Source: a bacterium
GTDB taxonomy: Bacteria; UBA6262; WVXT01
Length of the DNA stretch: 54,200 nt
Direction of reading: 5' to 3'
Assembly: GCA_046759165.1 (NCBI GenBank)
Contig: JBHIBS010000007.1
Location: 1-54,200, forward strand
Positions 1 through 8,730 of this stretch are shown here, piece by piece. Within the stretch, counting starts at the first letter, position 1; every line of letters starts with the position of its first letter. Position numbers and translations under genes: made by a program. The notes beneath the pieces are model-generated. The model did no database searches and was not told the DNA's origin. It saw only the letters and a program-made list of their open reading frames with translations.

Positions 1-192
1 GATTGACCTCTGGGTAAGGAGAAAGTTTACCCAAAGGGGATAGTTTCATATATGTGACCTATTGGGGGAGAGTATAGGTAACAAAACAATTGTGTACTAT
101 ATTAACTGTAATTAATACATAAGATTATAGGCGAGGTTTAAGAATGTGGTGAGATGAAAAACGAAAGTGAAATCTATAGTCCAGATTAAAAT

Positions 193-2145
193 GTGGACTT
201 TAATAAGATAAATAAGGTAAGGATTATCATGCAGTGTAGTCGTTGGAAAATCATCGGAATAGCGTTCCTCGCTCTTAGCCTGTTCTTACAGGTCGGGCTG
301 GTTTTTGTCTCAAATACCAGTGCAGCCGGTTCAGACAGCCTGACTCTGCGAGTGACGTGCGATGGTATTCCACCAGCATCAATTATGGATTTGGTAGCTT
401 CGCCGGGGATAAATGTAGGGGAGATTGCTTTGGCTTGGACTACGCCTGGTGATAATGGTTGGGTTGGACGTCTGCCAGGTTATCCTTACAAAGTGAAGTA
501 CGATACTCGCAGTGTGGCTGAGTTGGGCGGCACAACGACTAGCTGGTGGAATCTGGCAGCTAATGAATGGCCTCAAGGCTGGTCTGCTCTCGACCCAGGC
601 GAATGGGACGATGATCCTACTCTTCATTATCTGGCTGGACTGACACCAGGAATCACTTACTATATTGGTATTCGCGCCATTGATAAAGTGGGCAATGAGG
701 CGCTGAATAATAATGTGGCAAGTGCAATGGCGAAAGAAGATGATACGACTCCTCCGGCGGCGGTGACAGATTTGGTAGCCACGCCAGGGGTGGGAAATGA
801 CAGGATAGATTTGTCCTGGACAGCTCCAGGGGATGATGGATGGCAGGGGATGGCAACAAAATATATCATTAAGTATGCCACTTATAACATCAATGCTGGT
901 AATTTCGGAAGTATAACCGATGTTAAGGAGAGAAGTGTCACTGTGAGCGGAGGTGGTCCCGATAGTGAGACAATAACAGGTTTGGCGAGTGATACTCTCT
1001 ACTACTTTGCTATAAAAACGGAAGACGAAGTTCCCAATGTTTCGGATATCTCCAATATTGCCACTGCTAAGGCTGGAGAGGATAGTCTGCCACCGAGAGA
1101 ACCTGCGGGGATTAAGGGAATTCTAAGCGCCGATCGAAAAACGATGAGCATAAGCTGGAGTGTAGTAACTAAGAATGAAGATGGAACGCCCTGCGAAGAC
1201 CTGGCTGGATACAATATCTATCGGGCTTCGTTTCTGGATGGCGAGTATATTTTGGTGGATTCTGTTGCCGAGGGAGAGTCTTTAGTCTGGGCAGATCCAG
1301 AAAATGTCAAAGGACAAACCTTCTATTATATGGTTAGGGCTAAAGATACTTCTGGCAATCTCAGCAAGATTTCAATGATTGCCGATTCTTCAGTAGATAT
1401 GAATATAATCGCTATTAATGGTGAAGACATGTTAACTCGTATAGTTATTCCAAAAGAGATTAGGCAAATTCTTTACAAGGAGACCAACTCCTACGGCGAC
1501 GACGTGATAATAGAGGTCTTAAGAAGCCAAGAAGAAGAGAATGGAAGAGTAATCAAATCTTACAGTTTCATAGCCAGTGAAGGACAGAGCGGAAAAGAGA
1601 TAAAGGACTTCGTTTTTGCCAAACCACTAGCCGAAATAGTTCTTAATTACGAAGTTGAGGATGGACATGTAAAAGGAGCCTCATCAGTTCCAGAAAACCG
1701 TGCATCTGAACAATTGGCTCTCTTCTGGTTCAATGGTTTAGAGTGGATTAAATTGGGAGGCAAGGTAGATGAATCTTTGCGCCTTGTAAGTATAAAGTCG
1801 AAACGAATTGGTAAGCTTATGATTAAGATGTCTTTCCAGGCCACCTCATTTGGAATCGAATCTATACAACCGGATAAGATATTCACTCCCAATGGAGATG
1901 GCTGGAACGACTTCTTTGAGATTCAATATGCCAATCCCAAGGATGGCTTTGTAAGTGGTAAGATTTACGACCTCAGGGGCGCTCTGGTGGCAGAAATGGA
2001 GAAGGAAGCAAGTGAGGAAACTCTAAGATGGGATGGGAAAGATGCGAATGGCAATCCCGCCCCAGGCGGTGTCTATATTTATCAAATTGAAGTAACTGGT
2101 CCTGAGGAGAAAGTGATCAATGGGACAGTGGTGGTGGCAAGATAA
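193..2145 (+). CDS. Secreted fibronectin type III repeat protein with C-terminal CHU_C/T9SS type-B-like sorting domain (likely start ATG 229)
   Basis: Hydrophobic signal peptide (IIGIAFLALSLFLQVGLV..AA); repeated Fn3 units (PPAxxxDLVAxPG..LxWTxPGDxG); C-terminal IFTPNGDGWNDFF..IYDLRG..WDGKD..GVYIYQI..VVVAR. Confidence 0.85.
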   Translation: MDFNKINKVRIIMQCSRWKIIGIAFLALSLFLQVGLVFVSNTSAAGSDSLTLRVTCDGIPPASIMDLVASPGINVGEIALAWTTPGDNGWVGRLPGYPYKVKYDTRSVAELGGTTTSWWNLAANEWPQGWSALDPGEWDDDPTLHYLAGLTPGITYYIGIRAIDKVGNEALNNNVASAMAKEDDTTPPAAVTDLVATPGVGNDRIDLSWTAPGDDGWQGMATKYIIKYATYNINAGNFGSITDVKERSVTVSGGGPDSETITGLASDTLYYFAIKTEDEVPNVSDISNIATAKAGEDSLPPREPAGIKGILSADRKTMSISWSVVTKNEDGTPCEDLAGYNIYRASFLDGEYILVDSVAEGESLVWADPENVKGQTFYYMVRAKDTSGNLSKISMIADSSVDMNIIAINGEDMLTRIVIPKEIRQILYKETNSYGDDVIIEVLRSQEEENGRVIKSYSFIASEGQSGKEIKDFVFAKPLAEIVLNYEVEDGHVKGASSVPENRASEQLALFWFNGLEWIKLGGKVDESLRLVSIKSKRIGKLMIKMSFQATSFGIESIQPDKIFTPNGDGWNDFFEIQYANPKDGFVSGKIYDLRGALVAEMEKEASEETLRWDGKDANGNPAPGGVYIYQIEVTGPEEKVINGTVVVAR

Positions 2146-2184
2146 GGGAAGAGGGCACCATAAACGGTGCCTGGCCAGATCTGG

Positions 2185-2235
2185 GTTGGTCGACCTTTCC
2201 CGACCCCGTTCCGGTTTCGGAACGAGGCGGGTGAG
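2185..2235. repeat. REP-like palindrome carrying a 30-nt inserted hairpin module (copy 1; copy 2 at 40738-40789)
   Basis: gttggtcgaccttt-cccgaccccgttccggtttcggaacgaggc-gggtgag aligns without gaps through the insert to gtaggtcacccttt-cccgaccccattccggtatcgggacagggc-agagtgac; extra hairpin ggcacc/ggtgcc at 2154-2171. Confidence 0.7.
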
Positions 2236-2250
2236 GGAAAGGAGTAAAAA

Positions 2251-2682
2251 ATGGTAAGAATTAACCATTTAGTTAAGGTTATCTTGCTCTTGTCTGTTTT
2301 CTTCATCTTGGAATGCGCGCAATTGGGAGGAAGGACAAAGGAGTATTATAGAGGCTATGTTGATGGAACATTTCGTGCAACTTCGTTCGAGATTATTAAA
2401 ATCCGACCAGATGAGATATTTACTCCCAATGGCGATGGCTGGAATGACTATTTTGAAATTCAATATACCAACCCATATGATGCTTTGGTAAGCGGTAAGA
2501 TTTACGACCTTAAGGCAAGATTGGTCGCCAATATGAAAAAAGGTGAAGACAACGAGAAACTCATTTGGGATGGAAATGACCTTAACAACAATCCTGTAAC
2601 AGGTGGTTTATATATTTATCAAGTTGAAGTTTCTGGCCCTGAAAATAAAGTAACTAAAGGAATAATAGTTTTAGTGAGATAA
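2251..2682 (+). CDS. Small secreted protein consisting almost only of a CHU_C/T9SS type-B-like domain
   Basis: SD GGAG; signal peptide; FxATSFxI..IxPDxIFTPNGDGWNDxFEIQY, clearly paralogous to the C-terminus of 193..2145. Confidence 0.85.
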   Translation: MVRINHLVKVILLLSVFFILECAQLGGRTKEYYRGYVDGTFRATSFEIIKIRPDEIFTPNGDGWNDYFEIQYTNPYDALVSGKIYDLKARLVANMKKGEDNEKLIWDGNDLNNNPVTGGLYIYQVEVSGPENKVTKGIIVLVR

Positions 2683-2696
2683 GGAGGAAAAGGAAA

Positions 2697-4277
2697 ATGA
2701 GAAGATTAATATCGAAGGGCATCTTGATACTGTTGTTAACTTTCACCTGTAATTTGCCTTCAGCTCTTGCTCAATTTGAGGATTTGGGAGTGGGGGCCCG
2801 AGGAATTGGAATGGGAAATTCCTTTATTGGCTTAGCTGATGATGGGTACTCCATCTACTATAATCCAGCCGGGTTGGGAAGGATCGGCTGGCAGGAGCTG
2901 GTTCTGGACTATGGGAAACTTTATTGGGGACTTGATGATAACTCAAATTTAGGACAAAGTTTTGTTGGTTATGCTCAATCTCTTAAACACATGGGAACGT
3001 TGGGAGTGGGATGGTTAAACTTTGCTTTGACTCGCTATTACAGTGAGGATACTTTTATGCTTGCCTACGGGAAGAGAATTTCCAATTCTAAGGCGGGTTC
3101 GCTTTCGGCAGGGCTGAGTTTCAAGGTTCTCCACAAAGGGTTCAAAAAGACGCTCTATACTGAAAACGCTGTCAATCTCGACACAGGTGACCCTAAGGGA
3201 GGAAGAGACCCTGTCTTTGAAAATGGCTATTCACGAACAGGTTTCAGTACCGACCTTGGACTTCTCTACGACCTGGGTAGACACCATTCCTTTGCCTTAA
3301 CCCTGAACGATATTAACCAGCCTGATATGGGCTTAGCCGACAGGGATAGACTGGCTCTGGGGACAAAGTTAGGTTACGCCTGGAGGGGCAGGACTTTCAA
3401 TATGACATCCGACCTTAGCTCCAAAAGAAGAGATATTACCTTTTCAGCAGGTGCTGAGAAGTGGTTTATGGGCAAGACTTTTGCTGTCAGAGGGGGTTTG
3501 GGTATTGGTACAAGAGAATATGCCAGCCTCTCTCTGGGAGCTAGTTACCGATATAGTAGACTCTTTCAATTTGATTATAGCTTTGTCTATCCTCTGAGAG
3601 GTATTTCAAGTCTTTATGGCTCGCACCGGTTCTCCCTTACCTTAAGATTTGGTGTTAAAGTTCCGGAAGAGGTGCAGGTTGAGGCGGAATTAAGAAAAAC
3701 CAAATCTGAACTCGAATCAGCTAAGGCAGCAGCTGAAAAAGCGAGACTTGACGCTGAGGAGATAATGAAGGCAAAAGAGACATCGGAGAGAAAGATAAAA
3801 GAAGCTCAAGAGAAACAACAACAAACTGAGGAGAAGTTACGTCTCATTGAGGCGAAATTACGTCGAGTTGAAGAAAAATTGCGTCGGGTTTCGGGGAAAG
3901 CCAGAGTAGAACCAGAGGAAAAGGCAAGAGAAAAATTGATTAAAAAGTATTGGAGCCGGGGATTCAGTCACTACCAGAAAGGTAGATATGAGAAGGCTAT
4001 TGCTGAGCTGGAGAGAATCTTGGAATTAGACCCAGATTATCTCGAAGCGAAACAGCTAATAATGCAAGCGAAAGAAAAAATGGAACGAAGAATTGAGGAT
4101 GAAGTTGAGAGACTTTATACTCGTGGACTGAAAGCCTATTCCGAAGGCCATTTAGAGGAAGCGGTTAGAGAATGGGAACAGGCCTTGAAATTGGCCCCCG
4201 GGAATGAAAAGATTCAAAGAGCACTCGAAGGAGCTGAAAAAGAACTTAAATTGAAGGAGGGAAAGAAATGGCATTAA
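2697..4277 (+). CDS. PorV/PorP(SprF)-like outer-membrane beta-barrel fused to coiled coil and TPR repeats
   Basis: SD AGGAGG; signal peptide; GARGIGMG..ADD..IYYNPAGL N-terminal motif; amphipathic strands ending HRFSLTLRF (to ~3650); E/K-rich coiled coil; TPRs (G..HY..GRYEKAI..LELDP). Confidence 0.8.
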   Translation: MRRLISKGILILLLTFTCNLPSALAQFEDLGVGARGIGMGNSFIGLADDGYSIYYNPAGLGRIGWQELVLDYGKLYWGLDDNSNLGQSFVGYAQSLKHMGTLGVGWLNFALTRYYSEDTFMLAYGKRISNSKAGSLSAGLSFKVLHKGFKKTLYTENAVNLDTGDPKGGRDPVFENGYSRTGFSTDLGLLYDLGRHHSFALTLNDINQPDMGLADRDRLALGTKLGYAWRGRTFNMTSDLSSKRRDITFSAGAEKWFMGKTFAVRGGLGIGTREYASLSLGASYRYSRLFQFDYSFVYPLRGISSLYGSHRFSLTLRFGVKVPEEVQVEAELRKTKSELESAKAAAEKARLDAEEIMKAKETSERKIKEAQEKQQQTEEKLRLIEAKLRRVEEKLRRVSGKARVEPEEKAREKLIKKYWSRGFSHYQKGRYEKAIAELERILELDPDYLEAKQLIMQAKEKMERRIEDEVERLYTRGLKAYSEGHLEEAVREWEQALKLAPGNEKIQRALEGAEKELKLKEGKKWH

Positions 4278-4795
4278 AAACTAGATTTTCCTTATTCACT
4301 GGTCTTCTTGTCACTATGATGCTGGCGGCTACAGGCTTTCATTTTCTGACTTATGAGAAGCAAGACGTCGTTAAGGAAACCAGAGAAAATCAAATTGCTT
4401 TAGTTAAGAGTTTGGCAAGCGTGGGCAAGGATTCTTTGCTCAGGAAGGATGACCTATTCCTCGTCAATTACATAAACACGGTAAAAGAAGGAAATAAAAC
4501 AGTAGCCTATGCTCTATTTGTTGATGAGGATAACCGAATATTGGCTCATTCTAATTCACAACTCTTAAGGCAATTTGTAAAGGACCCCATTGGGATAAAG
4601 GCTCAATTAAGCCAGGCTCTCACCATTCAGTCATATCAAACAGGGTCAGAAAAGCCTCCACAGGAAATAGTCGATGTTGCCTTACCGGTCTTTTTAGGTA
4701 AAGAGAGGAAAGCAACTGCCCGTATTGGATTTTCCAAGACTGTTTTAGAGGAAGTAAGTGAAGGCGCTTTGGATAAGACAGGGAGGGGTGTGCTT
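4254..4795 (+). repeat. Direct duplication of RBS and 5' part of the kinase gene (partner ~5554-6095, offset 1300)
   Basis: Colinear match, including an 84-nt identical run 4601-4684 = 5901-5984. Confidence 0.95.
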
Positions 4796-5368
4796 GGTGA
4801 ATATGAGAAGGCTATTAGTGAGCTTAAGGGTGTTCTGGAATTAGATCGGAATCATCTCGAAGCGAAACAGCAAATAAAGGAAACGAAAGAAGAAATGCAA
4901 CAGAGAATTAAGGAAGAAGTTGAGAGACATTATACTCGTGGACTGAAAGCCTATTCCGAACGTCGTTTAGAAGAAGTAGTTAGAGAATGGGAAGAGGCCT
5001 TGAAATTGGACCCCGGGAATGAAAAGATTCGAAAAGCACTGGAAGGAGCTGGAAAAGAGCTTAAATTAGTGAAAATTAGAAAAGATGTGAAGGGAATTCC
5101 AGTATATATAGGGGCGAGCGGAGCAAGGATCTCTAACCAGGACAATGTATCAACTCTCAATTTCACTACCTCCGACCCCATGGGTAGAGTTGTAATTTTT
5201 TACAAAAGAGAGATGGGGAGGAGAGGCTATGGGTTAGTGCGGGACGATTATTCGCCGGGTAGCAACATTGCGCAGCTCCTTTTCTCCAGGGAAGGTAAAG
5301 AATGCACTGTTAATCTGGTTGAGAACGAAAGAGGTGGCGTTAATGTAGCTATTTCGTATAGGGAATAG
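4268..5368 (+). CDS. Chimeric membrane-anchored protein: sensor-kinase periplasmic domain + TPR + small alpha/beta domain
   Basis: 4268-~4795 duplicates 5568-~6095; 4801-5068 duplicates 3986-4253; unique C-terminal domain (IPVYIGA..TSDP..VVIFY..GY); intact ORF. Confidence 0.8.
   Translation: MALKTRFSLFTGLLVTMMLAATGFHFLTYEKQDVVKETRENQIALVKSLASVGKDSLLRKDDLFLVNYINTVKEGNKTVAYALFVDEDNRILAHSNSQLLRQFVKDPIGIKAQLSQALTIQSYQTGSEKPPQEIVDVALPVFLGKERKATARIGFSKTVLEEVSEGALDKTGRGVLGEYEKAISELKGVLELDRNHLEAKQQIKETKEEMQQRIKEEVERHYTRGLKAYSERRLEEVVREWEEALKLDPGNEKIRKALEGAGKELKLVKIRKDVKGIPVYIGASGARISNQDNVSTLNFTTSDPMGRVVIFYKREMGRRGYGLVRDDYSPGSNIAQLLFSREGKECTVNLVENERGGVNVAISYRE
4801..5068 (+). repeat. Direct duplication of the TPR-coding 3' end of the barrel gene (partner 3986-4253, offset 815)
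   Basis: Shared blocks such as atatgagaaggctatt, tatactcgtggactgaaagcctattccgaa, ccccgggaatgaaaagattc. Confidence 0.95.
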
Positions 5369-5567
5369 TGGTGCCGAGTCCCCGTTTTTTTGGCTAAAAT
5401 CACTGAAGCTTTTTACAAACTATGTTTTAAATGTTGCGAGGGTAAAAAATAATAAAAGGATAGAAAAGATAGCTACCGAATTTGTCAAGAAGCTTTCTCA
5501 ATAGGTAATATGATTAGAAAAAGTCAGGACCAGAAATGAGGAATGTTTATGGGATGGAGGGAAAGAG

Positions 5568-7016
5568 ATGGTATTAAAAACTAAATTTTCCTTATTCACT
5601 GGTCTTCTTGTTACTATGGTACTGGCGGCTACAGGCTTGCTTTTTCTGACTTTTGAGAAGCAACACCTGATTAAGGAAACCAGAGAAAATGAAATTGCTT
5701 TAGTTAAGAGTTTAGCAAGCGTCAGTAGGGATGCTATGCTCAGGAACGACGACCTATTCCTCATCAATTACATAAGGGCGATAAAGGAAGGAAATAGAAC
5801 AGTAGCCTATGCTCTATTTGTTGATAACGATAACCGAATATTAGCTCATTCTAATCCGCAACTCTTAAGGCAATTTATAGAGGACCCCATTGGCATAAAT
5901 GCTCAATTAAGCCAGGCTCTCACCATTCAGTCATATCAAACAGGGTCAGAAAAGCCTCCACAGGAAATAGTCGATGTTGCCTTATCGGTCTTTTTAGGTG
6001 AAAAGAGGAAAGGAACTGCCCGTATTGGATTTTCCAAGACTGTTTTAGAAGAAGTAATTAAAGATGCTTTAGATAAGACACGGAGGCGTATTCTTATCGT
6101 TGCATTCGGGGGCTTAATTTTTGGACTTTGGGGTGCTTTTATCCTCTCTGCCACTATGACTGGACCGATCAAATTGTTGGTCAGAGGAGCCGAGCTTATC
6201 GGTCAGGGGAAGTTAGACACTAAAATAAAAGTGGCGAGAAAAGACGAAGTGGGTTGGTTAGCTCGTGAGTTTAACCAAATGGCTGAAAGACTTAAGGAGG
6301 TTGACCAGATGAAAAAGGATTTCGTCTCCAGCGTCACACATGAACTGCGTTCTCCTCTGGCGGCCATTGAAATTTATGTTAATGAGATGCTTGAAGAGGG
6401 GCTTGAAGAATTTGCAAAGACCGGCGTTCAGGATCTAACTATCATAAAAAATAATGCTATTCGTCTTTCACATTTCATCAATGACCTACTGGATACGGCC
6501 AGAATAGAAAGAGGTCAAATGGAGATAGAACCTGGCTTAGTCGATGTATCTTCTTTGATTACGGAAGTAGTTGCTATTTTTATGCCCAATGCAGAAAAAG
6601 AAAAAATCGATTTCAGAATGGAACTGGCAAGCGATTTACCCAAAGTGTCTGCTGATGGAGATAGAATAAGGCAAGTACTCACCAATTTGATAAGTAATGG
6701 CATTAAATTCACTCCTTCCGGGGGCACAGTAAGCATTAGTGCTGAAAAGATGATGGAGAATCCTGAATCTATACAGGTTAGGGTCACGGATACCGGGGTA
6801 GGGATTCCTCCGGGTGACCTGGGTAGAATCTTTGATAAGTTCCACCAGGTAAAAGAGTTTAGGAGAAAAGTGAAAAGGGAAAAGGGGACAGGTTTGGGAC
6901 TCTTCATAGTCAAAAATATTGTGGAGTTACACGGAGGAAAAGTTTGGGCAGAAAGTAAATTGGGTGAGGGAAGCACTTTTTTCTTTACTTTGCCAGTTAA
7001 AAGTGGTAAAATATAA
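5568..7016 (+). CDS. HAMP-domain sensor histidine kinase (2 TM, periplasmic sensor domain, HisKA, HATPase)
   Basis: H-box FVSSVTHELRSPL; N-box QVLTNLISNGIKFT; G1 DTGVGIP; G2 GTGLGL; HAMP DEVGWLAREFNQM. Confidence 0.97.
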   Translation: MVLKTKFSLFTGLLVTMVLAATGLLFLTFEKQHLIKETRENEIALVKSLASVSRDAMLRNDDLFLINYIRAIKEGNRTVAYALFVDNDNRILAHSNPQLLRQFIEDPIGINAQLSQALTIQSYQTGSEKPPQEIVDVALSVFLGEKRKGTARIGFSKTVLEEVIKDALDKTRRRILIVAFGGLIFGLWGAFILSATMTGPIKLLVRGAELIGQGKLDTKIKVARKDEVGWLAREFNQMAERLKEVDQMKKDFVSSVTHELRSPLAAIEIYVNEMLEEGLEEFAKTGVQDLTIIKNNAIRLSHFINDLLDTARIERGQMEIEPGLVDVSSLITEVVAIFMPNAEKEKIDFRMELASDLPKVSADGDRIRQVLTNLISNGIKFTPSGGTVSISAEKMMENPESIQVRVTDTGVGIPPGDLGRIFDKFHQVKEFRRKVKREKGTGLGLFIVKNIVELHGGKVWAESKLGEGSTFFFTLPVKSGKI

Positions 7017-7034
7017 AAACATGGAGGCATTATA

Positions 7035-7430
7035 ATGAAAAAAATTCTTGTTGTTGATGATGAAAAGGACATACTGGATTTGGTGAAACGCCTCTTGACT
7101 CGGGGAGGTTTTAAGGTAATCACTAGCTCGGATGGAAAAGAAGGACTGGAGAAGGTCTACAGCGAAGCGCCGGATTTGATGATTTTGGATATTAACATGC
7201 CGGTGATGGATGGTTGGGAAGTATGTCGAAAGATAAGAGGAGATCCCTTATATAAGCATCTTCCAATTATTATGTTGACCGTAAGGAGAACGAAAGTAGA
7301 CCAGCTCAAAGGACTCGACCTTGGTGGTGACGAATATATCACCAAACCCTTCTATCCGAAGGAGCTCCTTGCTCGAGTTAAAACTGTCCTACAACGTTCT
7401 TCCGGGAGAAGTTCAGGTCCCCGTGGTTGA
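7035..7430 (+). CDS. Single-domain response regulator (REC only)
   Basis: KKILVVDD..LDINMP..MLT..ITKPF; no output domain. Confidence 0.95.
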   Translation: MKKILVVDDEKDILDLVKRLLTRGGFKVITSSDGKEGLEKVYSEAPDLMILDINMPVMDGWEVCRKIRGDPLYKHLPIIMLTVRRTKVDQLKGLDLGGDEYITKPFYPKELLARVKTVLQRSSGRSSGPRG

Positions 7431-7450
7431 GGATGTATCTATTTTGAAAG

Positions 7451-7484
7451 ACCGCTACACGAAGCAGGTGGAGCGGTTTTTTTT
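7451..7484 (+). terminator. Rho-independent terminator after the two-component operon
   Basis: accgct-a-cac/gtg-g-agcggt stem followed by T run. Confidence 0.7.
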
Positions 7485-7537
7485 GTTGCCAGAGCTTGAC
7501 ACAAATCAATTAGTGATATTTGTTCATTAAGTTAAAC

Positions 7538-7588
7538 GTAGGAGCTCAATTCATCGAGCCCGACGGGTATGATAAATCAAACCTCTGC
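7538..7588. repeat. Degenerate inverted REP doublet (GTAG-type REPIN)
   Basis: gtaggagctcaattcatcgagccc, 3-nt spacer, then gggtatgataaatcaaacctctgc (reverse complement gcagaggtttgatttatcataccc, 14/24 identical). Confidence 0.5.
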
Positions 7589-7732
7589 ATAATGAGCTAA
7601 CCGAACCTAATAGAACTTGTAGATATGGAAACATTAATAAAAAAGCGGTCATAGTCTCCAGTGACATAAGAAAAGAATAGGGGAGAGAAAATAGTGCTAC
7701 TAAGTTTGTGGCGGATAAAGGTCTAAACGTTC

Positions 7733-8076
7733 GTGTGTTTGCAAATAGCATCATTTCAATGCGGAAACAATAGAAAGCTACGTGCTGGAACAAATAAGAG
7801 AGGAGTTCTTGAATACGCGACAAGAAAGCAATTGCTATCAGATCTCAAAGAGGAACTTGGCGCCGAGTTTAAAGATAACACGGAAGAATTGAAGCAAATA
7901 GATAACGCCATCAAAGAAAACAAAAAGAAAGTAGGAGGGCTTTTGGATAGTATCGACAAAAGTCACAGAGACATCATAAACGAAAGACTGGATAAGCTAA
8001 GAGCGGAAAGACAATTCCTGGAAGAATAAAGAGAAAAGTTGATCAGTTAGAAAAAGGTACAGTGAATATTCAGGAA
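7733..8076 (+). pseudogene. Probable C-terminal remnant of a large serine recombinase
   Basis: FQC motif, then coiled coil IDNAIKENKKKVGGLLDSI..INERLDKLRAERQFLEE; stop at 8027 with coding-like continuation in another frame (DQLEKGTVNIQE); no catalytic N-terminus. Confidence 0.45.
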
Positions 8077-8107
8077 GGGCTTTTTATGCCTTTCCGCAAA
8101 TCGAGGA

Positions 8108-8308
8108 CATCCTGTTATTGCTGAAAAACCGGCTTGGCCAAAGCTAATAGCATGCAGGAAAAGCTAAAGAAATCAAGCTTTCGGGAATGCCCAATTTTTT
8201 AAGTGCCGAAGAAACGGCTTGTACCTTTGCGGATGTTTTCCTTGGACCAAGGATACTGAAAAGATTTAGTTGCCAAACTGGCGTAACATTGGAACGATAA
8301 GCGTAAAC
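8108..8308 (+). repeat. Structured non-coding repeat, segments A+B contiguous (A also at 16650-16744, B also at 14999-15103)
   Basis: 8152-8205 equals 16691-16744 at 53/54 nt; 8213-8308 matches 15007-15103 with few substitutions and indels; conserved hairpins. Confidence 0.9.
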
Positions 8309-8690
8309 CGGGTAGGGTGACCGGGTGCTAAGTTAACTATAGTAAAAGCTCTTCTTAAAGGTGACTTTTATTAGAGCTTTTAGGGTTCCTTAGAGAATAT
8401 TGTGCTCTTAATAGTTTGATATAATTGAAAAGTTAATGCCATCAAAAGACAAAAAGTGTGTAAATATATAATTTATAGAATAAGCACAAGTTGAAGAGAA
8501 AATAGTAAAAATAAACGACCTTGTTGAAAAATATGGAAGTCAAATAGAGAGAATAAAATATCGGCCAGTTAAGACAGTATAAGAGGATTTATTGCTGGAA
8601 TCGACTTTCTTGGTTTTCTTAGATTTTTTTGAACAAACACAACAGTTGCACCTTATAAGAAGAATTGCACATCTCAGTTCGTTCTACAAG

Positions 8691-8730
8691 GAAGCTTTGT
8701 AGCTCAGTTGATAGAGCGACATTTTCATAA
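8691..8730 (+). pseudogene. tRNA 5'-half fragment (D-arm to anticodon loop; CAT at positions 34-36, otherwise Arg-like)
   Basis: TA-GCTC-AGTTGATA-GAGC-G-ACATT-TT-CAT-AA in canonical spacing; anticodon stem unpaired and no T-arm follows. Confidence 0.6.

Noticed and set aside
3986-6095. Diversity-generating retroelement TR/VR pair as the cause of the duplications
   Set aside because: Differences are not confined to adenines and no reverse transcriptase is present in the window
8225-8308. Hammerhead ribozyme in repeat B
   Set aside because: CTGAAAA does not fit CUGANGA, and GAAA is present in only one copy
8480-8581. Short coding-like stretch (AQVEEKIVKINDLVEKYG..)
   Set aside because: No start codon or RBS and too short to assign; at most a gene remnant
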